From assembly GCA_004764695.1 (NCBI GenBank), contig SMSO01000031.1, positions 8,538,761-8,602,760 on the forward strand: a stretch of DNA of 64,000 bases. Direction: 5' to 3'. The notes under the pieces were generated by a model. The model worked only from the letters and a program-made list of their open reading frames with translations. It had not been told where the DNA came from and searched no databases. The DNA comes from Schizochytrium sp. TIO01. Taxonomy: Eukaryota > Protista > Bigyra: Labyrinthulomycetes. Positions 10,018-21,658 of this stretch are shown piece by piece (positions within the stretch are counted from its first letter, which is position 1; every line of letters starts with the position of its first letter). Position numbers and translations under genes: made by a program.

Positions 10018-12609
10018 CTAACGGCGCTGCTTTATTTCTTTTACTGCACGGTGACCGAAAACTATTTGCTTCTTCTCAGTGGCTTGTTTGCGCGCTGCAA
10101 CATAGATTGCGCTATGTGATTTGGCGAGCCTTCGCTTCTTTTCATTATCTCCACCGTTTGCTTTACAGCTTTCGTCCCGACCATGCACAGAAGAAATGAA
10201 CTCTGAAGCGTTACTATCAGGAACCTCGGATAGTTTCACTCTGGATTGAGACACAGATTTTCGCAAGAACACCGTTTCCGGAGACTCGCGCCGAATTCTG
10301 TCTAACAAAGAAACATCGCTTAAACAAACGAGCGCAACATCAAGCTGATTTTCTGGGGCAGCTCGCGGCAAAAGTCGTTCAGTTTGTAGTCGAGCCTTTT
10401 CAATTGTATCCGTCATGTGGTGCAGCAGCTTGTCTTTCTCGCGTATCTCTGTGCGAAGCAAGGCGCAATCTGCTTGGCTATTCTCTAATTTGTTGCTCAG
10501 AAAAGTCAACTTTGATTCGCGTCTATTCACATTCAACATGAGATTTTCAATCATTTGACGATGCATTCGAAGCGTATTTGCCCAACCAGATTCGTGCGGG
10601 GCCAATTTTGACAGCTCGGTATTGACCAACCGCTGTACTGCAATTCGATTTCGCATTTCTAACTCTTTCCTAATTCGCTTCTCCAACTTTTCTCTCATCT
10701 CCGAGCTGAAGTCACGTTCAATTTCCTCACGTAGCTCTTGTGTCAGAGTCTGTCTTAGCTCACTTTCCATAAGAATACGGATGCGCTCAGTTTCTTCGAA
10801 ATACTTCTCATCAAGGCCTTCTTCGATAGCCCTCTGGTCTAATGCAGGGATCGTATCGTTCGGTATAGGTGTGTCCACCTCACCAACGTGTTCTATACCT
10901 AGTGTGGTCTCATGTTGAGCTTTAATACTATTAACATTACAATATTTCGTTTTCATTTTCACCTTTTGATGTGCGCGGTTGAGCTCTGTGAGATAGCTTA
11001 CAATTGACATTCGGCTTCGTTGACGAAAGCTAGTAGACACAACAGTGCTCGATGCCTCTTCCCAGGTCCCTGATGCATCGTTCCACGCAATTGCATGTTT
11101 AGCACTAAGGTCAGTTGAGCTGGGCTCCGTTTGCAGAGTTTCAAGCTGTTCAGTTTGCCCTTGTTGTATGCGAGCAAGCTCTTGTTCAGCTTCTTGTCTC
11201 TTGACATCTAGCTCGCGATACTGCTGTTGGAGCTTTGTGTATTCAGCCATACCAAATTGCAACTCTTTTACTTTTGCAGCTTTGGTATCTAACTTTTTCT
11301 GAAGATCTTCCTGTCGTTGAATAAAGTCTCTAGCTTGCCCAGTCCACAGTGTTTTCTCTCGGTAGAAAGTCTCCTTGATTTCTGCAAGTTCATGTGCAAG
11401 TTGCTTCTTATCTTCTGCATATTCATCTCGAGCTAGCTCAGAGGACTCTAACGACTTGCAAGTATTCTCGAGTGTAGATTCAACCAAGGAGCGTTCGGAT
11501 TTTTCGTTTGCCAAGTCTTGCTGACATGTCACCAGGTCCTCCCGAAATGCTTGAAGGACTACTTCTGTTGATTCTAGCTTTGAAACAAGCTCATCTCGCT
11601 CGAGTGTTACAGTGTCTAAATCTTTGGTAAGCGATTCAATTTTTTCATCGCGTTTTTCAAGGTCTGCCTCAAGCTGGTTGGCGGTATCAAGAGCAACACG
11701 CAGCTGCCGCTGTAGAACAGTGATGAACATATGCGCATTTGCAGCTTTGTCTTCCAAGTCACCAGCTTGGGCTTCTAATTGATCTCTTAATGTTTCATTC
11801 TCACTTGCCAAACTTTTACATTGGTTTTCAAGCTCCTTTAACTTGGATTGCTTTGAAATCATCGCATTTGATAGGGCCTGTGTTTTTCGTCGTTCAGCTT
11901 CGATAGTCTCCTTCAATTCTGTGCAAGTTTTCTCGTGCTGTTGCTTCAGCAGCCCAGTCGTTTGTTGATGAAGTAACTTGAGGCGAGATTCACCACGAAC
12001 TCGCTCCTCATTTTGTTTCTGCCTTTCTGCACGGACTAGATCATGGTAGTGACTACGAACTCTAGTCAATTTTTCTTCACTCGAAGATCGCAGGAAAGCA
12101 ATATGATTGCTCGAGACGCTCATACGATCAGACAGGCAGCTTTCCCATGCTTCTTGCGTACATTGAACTAGTTTTCGAAGAGCATCCTCTAAAAATATGG
12201 TTTTAGTCCTGAGGGTCTCGTAAAAGGCTTCGTTGACCAATTGAAAGTGCAAGTGTAACAATTCTGCCTGTGTGTCTCCAATTTGAGAGTTTGCATGACG
12301 CAAACTCTCCTCGATTGAAGTTACAGTCTGTACTGAATTCTCAGCATGGTATTGAAGCTCCGTAAGTCGAGCTAGAAGCTCTGCATCCTGCTCTTGACTT
12401 TGGTTCAGGACTTCACGTGTAAGATCATCCAATGCTTGTCGAGGCGCATCAAGGCGAATCGTTTTCAAATACGATTCATCTGTTGCGTCTTTCTTAGCCG
12501 CTCCTTGACTAGGCGGCTGTACTGACCAAGGCGCTGCGTCTTGCAGTGCCGAGGACGTATACATTGGTTCACTTTGGAGCTCAGATGCGGCATTGTCGCT
12601 TTCATTCAT
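10018..12609 (-). CDS. Long coiled-coil protein, function unknown (863 aa)
   Basis: Uninterrupted 2.6-kb ORF rich in E/Q/K/L heptads; no catalytic motif recognised. Confidence 0.8.
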   Translation of the reverse strand: MNESDNAASELQSEPMYTSSALQDAAPWSVQPPSQGAAKKDATDESYLKTIRLDAPRQALDDLTREVLNQSQEQDAELLARLTELQYHAENSVQTVTSIEESLRHANSQIGDTQAELLHLHFQLVNEAFYETLRTKTIFLEDALRKLVQCTQEAWESCLSDRMSVSSNHIAFLRSSSEEKLTRVRSHYHDLVRAERQKQNEERVRGESRLKLLHQQTTGLLKQQHEKTCTELKETIEAERRKTQALSNAMISKQSKLKELENQCKSLASENETLRDQLEAQAGDLEDKAANAHMFITVLQRQLRVALDTANQLEADLEKRDEKIESLTKDLDTVTLERDELVSKLESTEVVLQAFREDLVTCQQDLANEKSERSLVESTLENTCKSLESSELARDEYAEDKKQLAHELAEIKETFYREKTLWTGQARDFIQRQEDLQKKLDTKAAKVKELQFGMAEYTKLQQQYRELDVKRQEAEQELARIQQGQTEQLETLQTEPSSTDLSAKHAIAWNDASGTWEEASSTVVSTSFRQRSRMSIVSYLTELNRAHQKVKMKTKYCNVNSIKAQHETTLGIEHVGEVDTPIPNDTIPALDQRAIEEGLDEKYFEETERIRILMESELRQTLTQELREEIERDFSSEMREKLEKRIRKELEMRNRIAVQRLVNTELSKLAPHESGWANTLRMHRQMIENLMLNVNRRESKLTFLSNKLENSQADCALLRTEIREKDKLLHHMTDTIEKARLQTERLLPRAAPENQLDVALVCLSDVSLLDRIRRESPETVFLRKSVSQSRVKLSEVPDSNASEFISSVHGRDESCKANGGDNEKKRRLAKSHSAIYVAARKQATEKKQIVFGHRAVKEIKQRR

Positions 12610-13645
12610 CGTGGTTTATGCAATAAGGTGGAGTACACATCGTTCCCAGCAGTATGCACCAGGGTTCTCAACAATGCACTCTGTAATGCTAGAGTGTGCG
12701 TAATGCCACGATTGGACAATTGGGAGCGTAGAAAAGAAGAACACCCTATTGTTCCCATCGAAGTCCATCATAAACTACATTCACCTTTACGTCAAAAAAC
12801 ACCATCCACTAAAATGCTCTGCAATGCTCATATCCCTCATCATGCTCATGCTCGTGAGTTCCACCATCTACTATTTATTACAAGCATTTCCGAAATCGTA
12901 ACTGCATACCGTTTCACCCTTGAAAGCGTTTAATCGTAGACACACATAAAGAGTGCTATGTGATATCATCATATACTAAACATTCTTTTCCACCTCAGCT
13001 TGAAACAGGCCAGACTTTACAAAACCCCTAACATCTCTCGCCTGCGAAACCGAAACTATGGTCTCGTCTGGGTTTGGACGCTGGCCCAGAGTTTCCTCAA
13101 CAACCAGCTCGAACATAGCTCGAGCTGGCGTCAAGAACTGAAGTTCTGACAACTACGTTCTCCAAGACTTGACGAAGGAAATAACACTCGATGAAAAGAA
13201 CTGAGCAGTAGCACTGTCTATGAGATAGCTAGCAATCGCTTTCTTTCAAGAGCCTCTTGAAGAAGAAGGAGATTTCGAAATAAATAAATTGAAAGTTGAT
13301 CTGATAACAATGAAAGAAACTCTCGATCAAAGTCAGACCAGTTCATCCCCAGGAACGGACTTGGCGCTCCTCTCGTATCTTGCTCGACAAAGCGCGATAA
13401 GATCTCGGGAGCGGGGCTTTTCTCGAGTCTTTCATCTTATTCTGCGTCGTTGCAAGCAGCGGTAACAAAGACTCAGGCCAAGATCGAAGTGCTTGGTCTT
13501 TGAGACATCTCTCCCAGTACAGGCTGAAAGCTTCGTGGAGGCTCCTCTTCGACGCAGGCGAGGGTTGCAGGGTTGTTAAAGGGCCTAAAGAAGAAACGGC
13601 GTCTTTGCCAGGAATCATCATTCAACAAGGTTGAAAGCTGCAAAG

Positions 13646-14371
13646 ATGTTTATAGGCCAGATGCTCGCGAGGCCACTCTGCCATTTCTTTGGCTATTTCT
13701 ACCCTGCATATCAGAGCTACAAAGCCGTCAAAGCAAATGACCCTGCACTACACACTCAATGGTTGACTTTCTGGATCGTTAGCACGTACTTTAGCTTTGT
13801 CGAGAGCTTTGGCGATACGCTGCTCTCATGGCTGCCATTCTACTACGAGGCCAAAGTGGCGGTTTTAGTGTGGCTCGTGGCTCCATATTTCAAGGGCGCA
13901 ACGAAAATTTACGAGCGGGTACTTGATCCCTATTTACACAGATACGAAAAGGATATCGATGCAAACCTTGATCAGGTAAAGCGTCGCTCGGCCCGAGAGA
14001 TCGGAAACCTTTCCCGCCTCGGAATTGAGCACCTCCGTGCACACAGCACTGAGTTCCTCAAACTTGGGCAGAATGTACTCTTACGTCAGCTTGCAAATGA
14101 GGAGAATCTGCTCACGAGTTCTCAGCCGCAACACCATGAAGTTGGACAAAAAACTAACACGCGGACTACCGTACGCACAAGCACGTCATCAACACGAGCG
14201 ACAATTGTTACCTTGGGTAGTGACATTGATGAGAACGAACTTATTGATGAAATCGACGCGGACCTGGATATGTCCAGCAAAAGCCTGCCAAAGATTCCGG
14301 GTCGAGACGATGATGGGATGGAAGTTCATGGTGACGACGAAGACCCTTTTGACTCCGATTACTCTGACTAG
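13646..14371 (+). CDS. TB2/DP1/HVA22 (REEP/Yop1 family) ER-shaping protein
   Basis: GYFYPAYQSYKAV, QWLTFW, WLPFYYEAK, WLVAPYFKGATKIY motifs; first ATG at 13646; acidic disordered tail. Confidence 0.9.
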   Translation: MFIGQMLARPLCHFFGYFYPAYQSYKAVKANDPALHTQWLTFWIVSTYFSFVESFGDTLLSWLPFYYEAKVAVLVWLVAPYFKGATKIYERVLDPYLHRYEKDIDANLDQVKRRSAREIGNLSRLGIEHLRAHSTEFLKLGQNVLLRQLANEENLLTSSQPQHHEVGQKTNTRTTVRTSTSSTRATIVTLGSDIDENELIDEIDADLDMSSKSLPKIPGRDDDGMEVHGDDEDPFDSDYSD

Positions 14372-14749
14372 GTAAATAGACTTGCATCATAGTGAACACA
14401 TAACATATACTTTATGTCTATTATACTTTTGCCAGCTGAAGTTTTAAGTTGCTGCATTTGACGAGCACTGCCTTCTCCGTTCCATAATAGACTTCAAATA
14501 GCTACAAGTTCAAAAGCTGTAGACTCTACTACGCATCTAAGATTTAGACTGACTTGCATAGCCTCTGACGGTTGAAACCGGGCTTTTTCATGTCCATTTA
14601 AAGTTTTGGACTAGATAGATGCAGCTATATGAAATCAAGAGGTAAGCAAGAAAAGATAAGAAAGTGATGACACAGAAAAATTGGGTTCTAGAATGTGCAA
14701 AAAATGTAAATGATAAAAGATAAAAGAAGCTGAGCACCAATATTTAATT

Positions 14750-17700
14750 TTAGCGCCTGCGCTTGTTGTTTGTGTAGCGCTCCTGCAGTCCCATTTCACG
14801 GTAAGCGCGTTTCTTCTGCTCCTTCTTGGCATCTGCAAACTTGGCTGCTTCTTGAGCACGCTTCTTGTCCTGCTCCTTATGACGGGCGACATTCTTGTCC
14901 TTACGTTTCTGGACCTTATCTTTCTTGATAGTGTTGAGCTGCTGGATGAGCGATGTGACCTTTCTTTCATGTTGTGAAAGCACAACGGCCTTGCGCGTAC
15001 CCGTGATGTTTTCGCCACGGTGCTTGGACTTGCGCTTTGTTTCCTGAGACGGAGCCTTCTCCATCTTGGGCTTGGAAGCGAAGGGCAACTTCTTTTGCAA
15101 GCTCTCAGAAATCACAAGCTTGTTAAATTTCTTGGGCTTTCTCTTGATTTCCTTGTACAAGGAATCCTTGTTCACAGGCACAGAGAGGTTATTCTGAAAA
15201 CGGAGCTGAGCGACATTTCGCATCAGAGCAATTTGCAAGTCATCAGGCTTACCGGCCTCCTCCATTTCCATTTCCTCATCATCTTCCTCCTCAAGCTCTC
15301 CCGCTTCTGCGAGCATTTGCTTGCGTTCCTTCTCCTTAGCAATGCGACGCTTTTCCTTGTCAGTCAAAGCCGCAATGGGACGCTCACGAAGGAGTGAGGT
15401 GATGGGGTTGAAAAATTTCTTCGGGATGACGGGCACCCAGGTTCTACAGAAAACAATATCACTCATCATGATCTTGTCCTCAAAGGTCGCACGGAAGCCA
15501 CCGGGGCGCTTGTCGGCCTTCTTGATCATACCACGGATACCACTCACAGTACGAATTGCAGCGCCTTCGAAGCGAGCGACCTCAAGTTCGGTGTTGAACA
15601 TACCCTTAATGTACGCGGTGTTCTTGAAGATCTTGTAAGGCTCACCAACGAGCTTGAGTTTCTTCACAACTCTGCAAGAGTGTTCAAGCTCGAGCAGAGT
15701 ACCAGTGGCACAAATACGGAATCCAGCTTGGTTCTCGCGCAAGTCCTGGTACGCGAGAAAGCCAGTGTTTGGTGCGGTTGCAGGCCCCCAGAACACCGCT
15801 TCACAGTGCATGTGCTCGGGCGTGTATTTGAGCATGCGTTGACGCTCGTTTGTTACATCCTCAATGGCGTACACAGGCATGGTTTGGAAGCGGCGCCAAC
15901 CAAGTGAGATAATGAGAGGGTCGTTTGTCTTGAGAATCTTCGGAAACCAACGGTGCTTCTTGATACGCACGCGGCAGAACGAAAGTCCGCTCTCGTGTGC
16001 GTTCAAGCCTCCAAGAATAATTGGGGCCCTAGGGTCGAAATTCTGTACAAACTCGCAAGGTACTCGGCGCAATTCAATGCGAACATAGCGACCGGCACGT
16101 ATTCCCTCAAGTTTGACGCGTGTTTCTTCGTCCAAGTCTGCAAACTCACTCGCGTTAAGAGCCTCCTGGGCAGCAGCGCGCTCCTTCATGGCGTTCAAGA
16201 AGGCTTCTTCGTCTTCGTCTTCCTCTTCACCCTCGCCTTCACCATCCTTCTTGCCCTTCTTCTTGCTCTTTCCATCTCCATCGTCTTCATCATCGCTCAC
16301 GAGGTGATTTCCGGCTTGGGCAAGATCAAAGTTCACTTTCTTTGTGGCCTTTTCTACAGCATTGCGGAGGCGTTCTTCCTCCATGGCTTTCTCAGGATCG
16401 ACCTCTTCTTCTTCCTCATCGCTGTAGTCGCTGGCTTCTTCTCCTTCTCCTTCTTCTTCGTCGTCATTGTCATCATCATCATCGTCGTCATCATTATCAT
16501 CGTCGCTGTCTTCATCATCTTCTTCGTCGTCATTGTCATCTTCGTTTTCTTCTCCGTCGAGCTCCTCGAAGTCGCCGTATACCTCTTCATCATCGCTGGC
16601 TACGCCACCGTTTGATTCCGAGTCTCCCTTGCCTTCTGCAGATTTGCCCCAGTCACCTGTCACAAAACGGTTACGGATAGACTCACGGACTGATTCCTGA
16701 GACCAGTTTCGCAACTTTGCATCACGAACGAGCGAAAAGTTGCAATCATAGGCGTCGATGTTTTCCAACGAATCTTCAGCGTCTTCGTCAGAGGTGTTTT
16801 GTTTTTTAGATTTTGTAGAACCACGCAAAGTAAAGAAGTCATCGTCATCTGAAGAGTCGCCGTCGTCATCTTCGTCGCCTCCGGCCTTGTCCTTCTTTGA
16901 GTTCGAGCCGTACACAAGCTCCATAGCGTTAGCGACGCGACCCTGTCGCTCCATGAACGAAGCAGATGCCTTCTCCATCAGATTAGCCTTCCAGTGTGCG
17001 GTATTCTCCCCATCTTCGCTATCCTCATCCATATCCCGATCAGAAGCAGTTTTGCCCCTCTTGTTCTTGTTCTTGGCAGCGCCAAAGAAGCTGTCTCCTT
17101 CGTTTTCTTCGTCATCCTCGTCTTCAGATGAACTAGAGCCTGAAGATGATGAGGATGCATCCTTGGACTCCATTTGCGCCAAATCATCACGAGTGATAGC
17201 CTTGGAGTTCTTGAAGAGCTGTAGACCAGCAGAGTTGAGATTGTCATCAAAACCTGAGGAGATCTGCTGCAAATCCCGCACGAGCTGGATGCCCTCAGCT
17301 TGGTTATCCTCATCGTCTTCGTCGCTACTCTCGCCCTCTTCACTATCACTATCATCGCTGTCGTTATCCATGTCACTCTCAGGCTCCCTTTCGATGTCTT
17401 CAGTACGCGTGAAGTTGACCTCGGGAAGGTTGATGTACATGGCGTCTTTGTCAAACATGACGTTGCCGATGTTAGCCATCGGTGCGTAGAGCAGAGTTTC
17501 CTTAGCATTGAGAGCGCGGTTGCGCTTGAGTTCGCTCTCCTTGCTGGGTAGTGGGCACGGGTCTGGCAGAGCTGAGACGCGGTGGACCATGAAGTCTCCA
17601 ACGCCAGCCAAGTGGGCTTGCATACCCTCTTTGAATTGTGTTCCGCGAACGTATCCAAACACCGCAACAGTACGATCTGCTTTAGGGTCCTCCTGCACAG

Positions 17701-18511
17701 TACGACTATCAGTAATATCTTCAAAGCGATCAATAATGGCGTATGGATGCGAGTTGCGCCAAGTGAGCGGTCTAAATTTCATGGTAGAGACGAACCTGCT
17801 GAGATTGATGATCTCGTTTTTGCGGTACTTGTTGTTGATGACGCCCGTGAGGTAAAAGAGCTTCGCGCCCTGGTAAATTTCTGTCCAGAATCTGTCTTTA
17901 AGTTTCTTCTTCAATTTCTTCAAGCTCTTGTTATCCTTGAACTTGTCTAGGTTTGTCAAGATGCCCATAACCTTAGGGAAACCATGGAGCTGCAAAATAT
18001 TGAGGAACTCGAAGGTTTCCATCTCGAAACCCACGCTTGCATCGATCACCAAAAGGACAAGGTCTGCGACTTTGGCCAAGTCAGTCATGGCGTTTACGTC
18101 ATTCGGGCACTCGAAGATTGTCACACGACGCTTTTTGCCAGTCACCACTGTGATTGGGCCCTCAATGTTGGTTACCGTGTGCCGTGTCCATTTCTTAACA
18201 AGAGACCTAATCAGAGTGGACTTTCCACATCCAGGAGGTCCTTGTACCACGATTGATACCGGAGGAGGCTGCTTGGCCTGCCTGTCCACGAGCTGCACAA
18301 CGTGCTTATTGTGGGCCTTGTCAAGTCTGCGCTGCTGCTCGACCTTCTTGCGGTTCGTATGGGCCACAGTAAAGGCCTTGAAGTTAGACTGTTGGCTGTG
18401 GCGAGCACCAACACCGCTGCTGGAGTCTTTTGCAAGCTTAGCGTGAGCCTTTTTGTGCGCCTTAGCACCAGTCTTGGACGCATGGTGCTTCTTCTTGGCA
18501 GCGTCCTCCAT
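14750..18511 (-). CDS. BMS1: Ribosome biogenesis GTPase BMS1
   Basis: [15 protein letters not shown]-loop, [47 protein letters not shown]-terminal [37 protein letters not shown]; long acidic middle region. Confidence 0.97.
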   Translation of the reverse strand: MEDAAKKKHHASKTGAKAHKKAHAKLAKDSSSGVGARHSQQSNFKAFTVAHTNRKKVEQQRRLDKAHNKHVVQLVDRQAKQPPPVSIVVQGPPGCGKSTLIRSLVKKWTRHTVTNIEGPITVVTGKKRRVTIFECPNDVNAMTDLAKVADLVLLVIDASVGFEMETFEFLNILQLHGFPKVMGILTNLDKFKDNKSLKKLKKKLKDRFWTEIYQGAKLFYLTGVINNKYRKNEIINLSRFVSTMKFRPLTWRNSHPYAIIDRFEDITDSRTVQEDPKADRTVAVFGYVRGTQFKEGMQAHLAGVGDFMVHRVSALPDPCPLPSKESELKRNRALNAKETLLYAPMANIGNVMFDKDAMYINLPEVNFTRTEDIEREPESDMDNDSDDSDSEEGESSDEDDEDNQAEGIQLVRDLQQISSGFDDNLNSAGLQLFKNSKAITRDDLAQMESKDASSSSSGSSSSEDEDDEENEGDSFFGAAKNKNKRGKTASDRDMDEDSEDGENTAHWKANLMEKASASFMERQGRVANAMELVYGSNSKKDKAGGDEDDDGDSSDDDDFFTLRGSTKSKKQNTSDEDAEDSLENIDAYDCNFSLVRDAKLRNWSQESVRESIRNRFVTGDWGKSAEGKGDSESNGGVASDDEEVYGDFEELDGEENEDDNDDEEDDEDSDDDNDDDDDDDDNDDEEEGEGEEASDYSDEEEEEVDPEKAMEEERLRNAVEKATKKVNFDLAQAGNHLVSDDEDDGDGKSKKKGKKDGEGEGEEEDEDEEAFLNAMKERAAAQEALNASEFADLDEETRVKLEGIRAGRYVRIELRRVPCEFVQNFDPRAPIILGGLNAHESGLSFCRVRIKKHRWFPKILKTNDPLIISLGWRRFQTMPVYAIEDVTNERQRMLKYTPEHMHCEAVFWGPATAPNTGFLAYQDLRENQAGFRICATGTLLELEHSCRVVKKLKLVGEPYKIFKNTAYIKGMFNTELEVARFEGAAIRTVSGIRGMIKKADKRPGGFRATFEDKIMMSDIVFCRTWVPVIPKKFFNPITSLLRERPIAALTDKEKRRIAKEKERKQMLAEAGELEEEDDEEMEMEEAGKPDDLQIALMRNVAQLRFQNNLSVPVNKDSLYKEIKRKPKKFNKLVISESLQKKLPFASKPKMEKAPSQETKRKSKHRGENITGTRKAVVLSQHERKVTSLIQQLNTIKKDKVQKRKDKNVARHKEQDKKRAQEAAKFADAKKEQKKRAYREMGLQERYTNNKRRR

Positions 18512-19828
18512 GATTCAGGTCGATGGAGAATTAACTACACCGAAGCAACTGGAGTTGGCAAGTCGAGAAATAACCTTGTGGGGCCGGAGATGATCCGGAT
18601 CCACCAAGCTGAAGCGACCGCCAGCCCAGGCCTAGATTAGCCTGAAGACCGACCTTGACTCGAGCAGAACGCCTCGAGCCAATGGTCTCGGAATCGAGTC
18701 TGTCAATCGGAGCCAACTATATTCCACTCTGCCGCCGGGAGCACCTAAAGTAGGCTATTCAGAACTTTACTGTCCAGAATAGCCATCACAAGTGACTTAT
18801 ACTGATCTATAACCTATAGTGTCCACAATGTATATTTATCAACAACAGCCACCATTTATTACCTCTCTGCTATAATTGCTATCATTTAATACCGCGGCCT
18901 GAAATAAAATACGCAAAATCGAAGAGTTTAAGACATGTGACATTCCACACTATTGTCACATGACATACTGATAGAGAGGCAATGGTTTGTTAAGGATGAT
19001 ATGAAGGACTCGGAGAACCAGCCAGCCAGGGGGAAATGGAACACACTGAAGAACGGCACTGCTTATGCTGTAGTAAATTTAATACAAGTAATGCGGTTCT
19101 ATGGATATAAAGGCAGGGGAGGCAGAGGACTTGGCGGGGAGAAGGCAGGAATTGGAGGTTACTCTCTCGCTTTTGATTAACAGCCGGTAAACAAACACGT
19201 GTGGCTTGCTTGTGTTTTACGGAGTGCCAAGATGATTTTCGCAAGGTATGTTGCCCACTGATGAATTCTTGAAGCGCAATGCAAAGCGCCACTTGCTCTG
19301 AAGGTCTGACTGACTGATGAGCTGTTTGTTTACTGGCCAGTGACAGTAAATTTACATATGTTCTCTAGAGCTAGACTTGTATTTTTCATTTAGTTAAAAT
19401 TAAATTTTAGTCACTGATAATTTGATCTTCACAATATGACTCACTGGAAATCATTAAATGAAAAAAAGAAGTTATAATGAGATTTAATTATTATTATTTT
19501 TTTAAGAAAAAGAAACTCATTGTTCATGAGTAGTCAGTAATAGTTGAAATACCATTAAAACGAATTCTAATAAGAAAAAGAGAAATATTTTAAATGGGGG
19601 GAGGCGTAACGAGTGGAGGCGCAATTGTGGAGGAGGGGCTTCGGTGGTGGCGAGACGAACTGCACTCGAGCCCAGACTCCGATTGGGCTTGCGCGCTGTG
19701 GCAGAGGCGTGCGGGCTGTTGGGGGGGTTTCTCCTAAAGGCCAAAAACTTGCAAGAGCTGTTTGCACTGTATTAGTTCGTGGTGGCAGCTTGAGAGACTA
19801 GGTTGGGCGGTTTTACAGCGTGCACGCG

Positions 19829-21658
19829 ATGGTGGCCGCGAGAACGGCCAACAACAAGCGGTCCAAGCCTCAAATGGACGCTGTTAAAGCCAAGAAAGTA
19901 GCACGCAGTGAGGACTCCGAAATGATGGATCAGGACCACCAGGAGGATGCTGTGCCCAGCACCACGGAGGTCATTGAATTTGCGAAAAAGCTGGCCTCCA
20001 ACAAGAAGGAGGAGCGCGAGAAGACGCTCATGGGTCTTCGTGCATGGCTCAAAGTTCGTGAAAAGGCCGCTGGAACCTTCAAGGAGATTGAACTTCTCAA
20101 GCTCTGGAAGGGCCTCTTCTACTGTCTGTGGATGGCTGACAAGGTACCTGTGCAGCAGCAGCTTTCTGAGGACCTGGCTCAGTTGGTGCATGTGTTTAAG
20201 AAAAAGGCCAACGCCGCTATTTTTATTCGCACGTTCTACCAGACCATGCTTCGTGAGTGGCCAGGCCTTGACAAATGGCGCATTGACAAGTTTTACTCGC
20301 TGGTGCGTTACTTCTTCCGCGAGACTCTGTTGTGGATGCAGAAGAAGTCCTGTGTGGAACTTTGGGGCTGCGTCCTGCGCGATGATCTCCTCATGCACAA
20401 GCCAAATGGCATGCGTCTTCATGTGGCAGACATCTTCCTCGACGAGGTTCTCCGCACAGAAACCGACGCCAACCTCGACACTGAAAAGCTTCAGGAGATC
20501 CTCAGCCCGTTCTACTGTGTGTTAGGATCCTGCGACAGTGATTCTGTCGTGCGTCATGTTCTTAAGGTCGTCTTCAACCCCATCCCAACCGATAGGCCAT
20601 TGAAGAACCTCGACATCAAGGCCACTGCAAAGTCAATCTTTGCGCTTGCAGCTGACGCCGAAGATATCAGTGATGCCCAGCGCGAGATGCTCTACGATAC
20701 GTACGACCTTTACCGCCAGGCTTTGGGTGCCAGCGCTGAAAATGATCGAGACATTCTTATGGAAGAAAATGCTGAGGAAGCCGAAGATGACGAGATCGCA
20801 GAAGATCAAGACGAAGATGCCAACGGCGATGATGCTCATCGTGACCTGCGTGAGGAGTTTGAACAAATTGGCGAGGCTTCAAGTGATGAGGAAGAGGCTG
20901 CTGTTGAGCAGGCCAAGAAGCATGCTAAGGCCTCCACTCCGGGCAAGGGATCTGCAAAGAAGAAGGTCAAGGCCGTTGAAGAAGAAGAAGAGAATGTTGT
21001 GAAGACCACGACAGTAACGAGTGCAAAGAAGGTAAAGAAAAGTAAGAGCACACCGCAGAAACAGGAGATCGTGGTTGAGGAACTCGAAGAGAAAATTCAA
21101 GCCGCTGGCGACGAGGTGACAATTGAGGTGAAAAAGACCATCAAGAAGTCTCCGAAAGGGTCCGAGAAGAAGGCAGAGGCCAAACAGCTCAAGGCTATCG
21201 TTGAGGACGAACCTTTGAGTGAGGTCGAGGAAGAGATTGAGTCTGCTTCGGCAAAGAAGCTGAAGAAGTCTGCCAAAAAGGCGTCTGCTAAAAAATCAAA
21301 GGAGGCCAGTGACACCCTCCCTCCGCTTCCACCCAAGGCTTCCAAGTCTGCTCTTAAGAAGCGTATTCGTTTTTCTCTTGAGTCTACCCAGGCTCTTGAC
21401 CACCGCGTCAGCATGAAGCGCCTGAAAACCACACCAGTGAAGCCTGCTTCCAAGCAGATTGTGCCATCCACTGGCCTCCTCAAGGTGAAAAATACGCCTG
21501 AGCCGGAGGTTCGTGGCCAGGGCACTGCACAGTCAGAGCCTCGCAAGCGGACCACCCTCAAGCAAGGTCTTGCTGACGCACGAAAGAATACCATTCTCAA
21601 TTCCGCTGTCAAACCCCGCCGCCGGCAATCTCGTCCACGTGCTGAAGATTTCTTTTAA
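19829..21658 (+). CDS. RRP1: Ribosomal RNA processing protein 1 (Nop52/RRP1)
   Basis: Nop52 domain: KLASN, [40 protein letters not shown]/E-rich C-terminal tail; first ATG at 19829. Confidence 0.93.
   Translation: [609 protein letters not shown]

Noticed and set aside
13104-13128. 9-bp inverted repeat (CCAGCTCGA...TCGAGCTGG) between divergent genes
   Set aside because: A single short hairpin, within chance expectation for 64 kb.
15020-18640. Many long antisense and alternative-frame ORFs over BMS1 (also over RRP1, the TPR gene and the kinases)
   Set aside because: Shadow ORFs expected from GC-rich codon bias and acidic repeats; no independent protein motifs.
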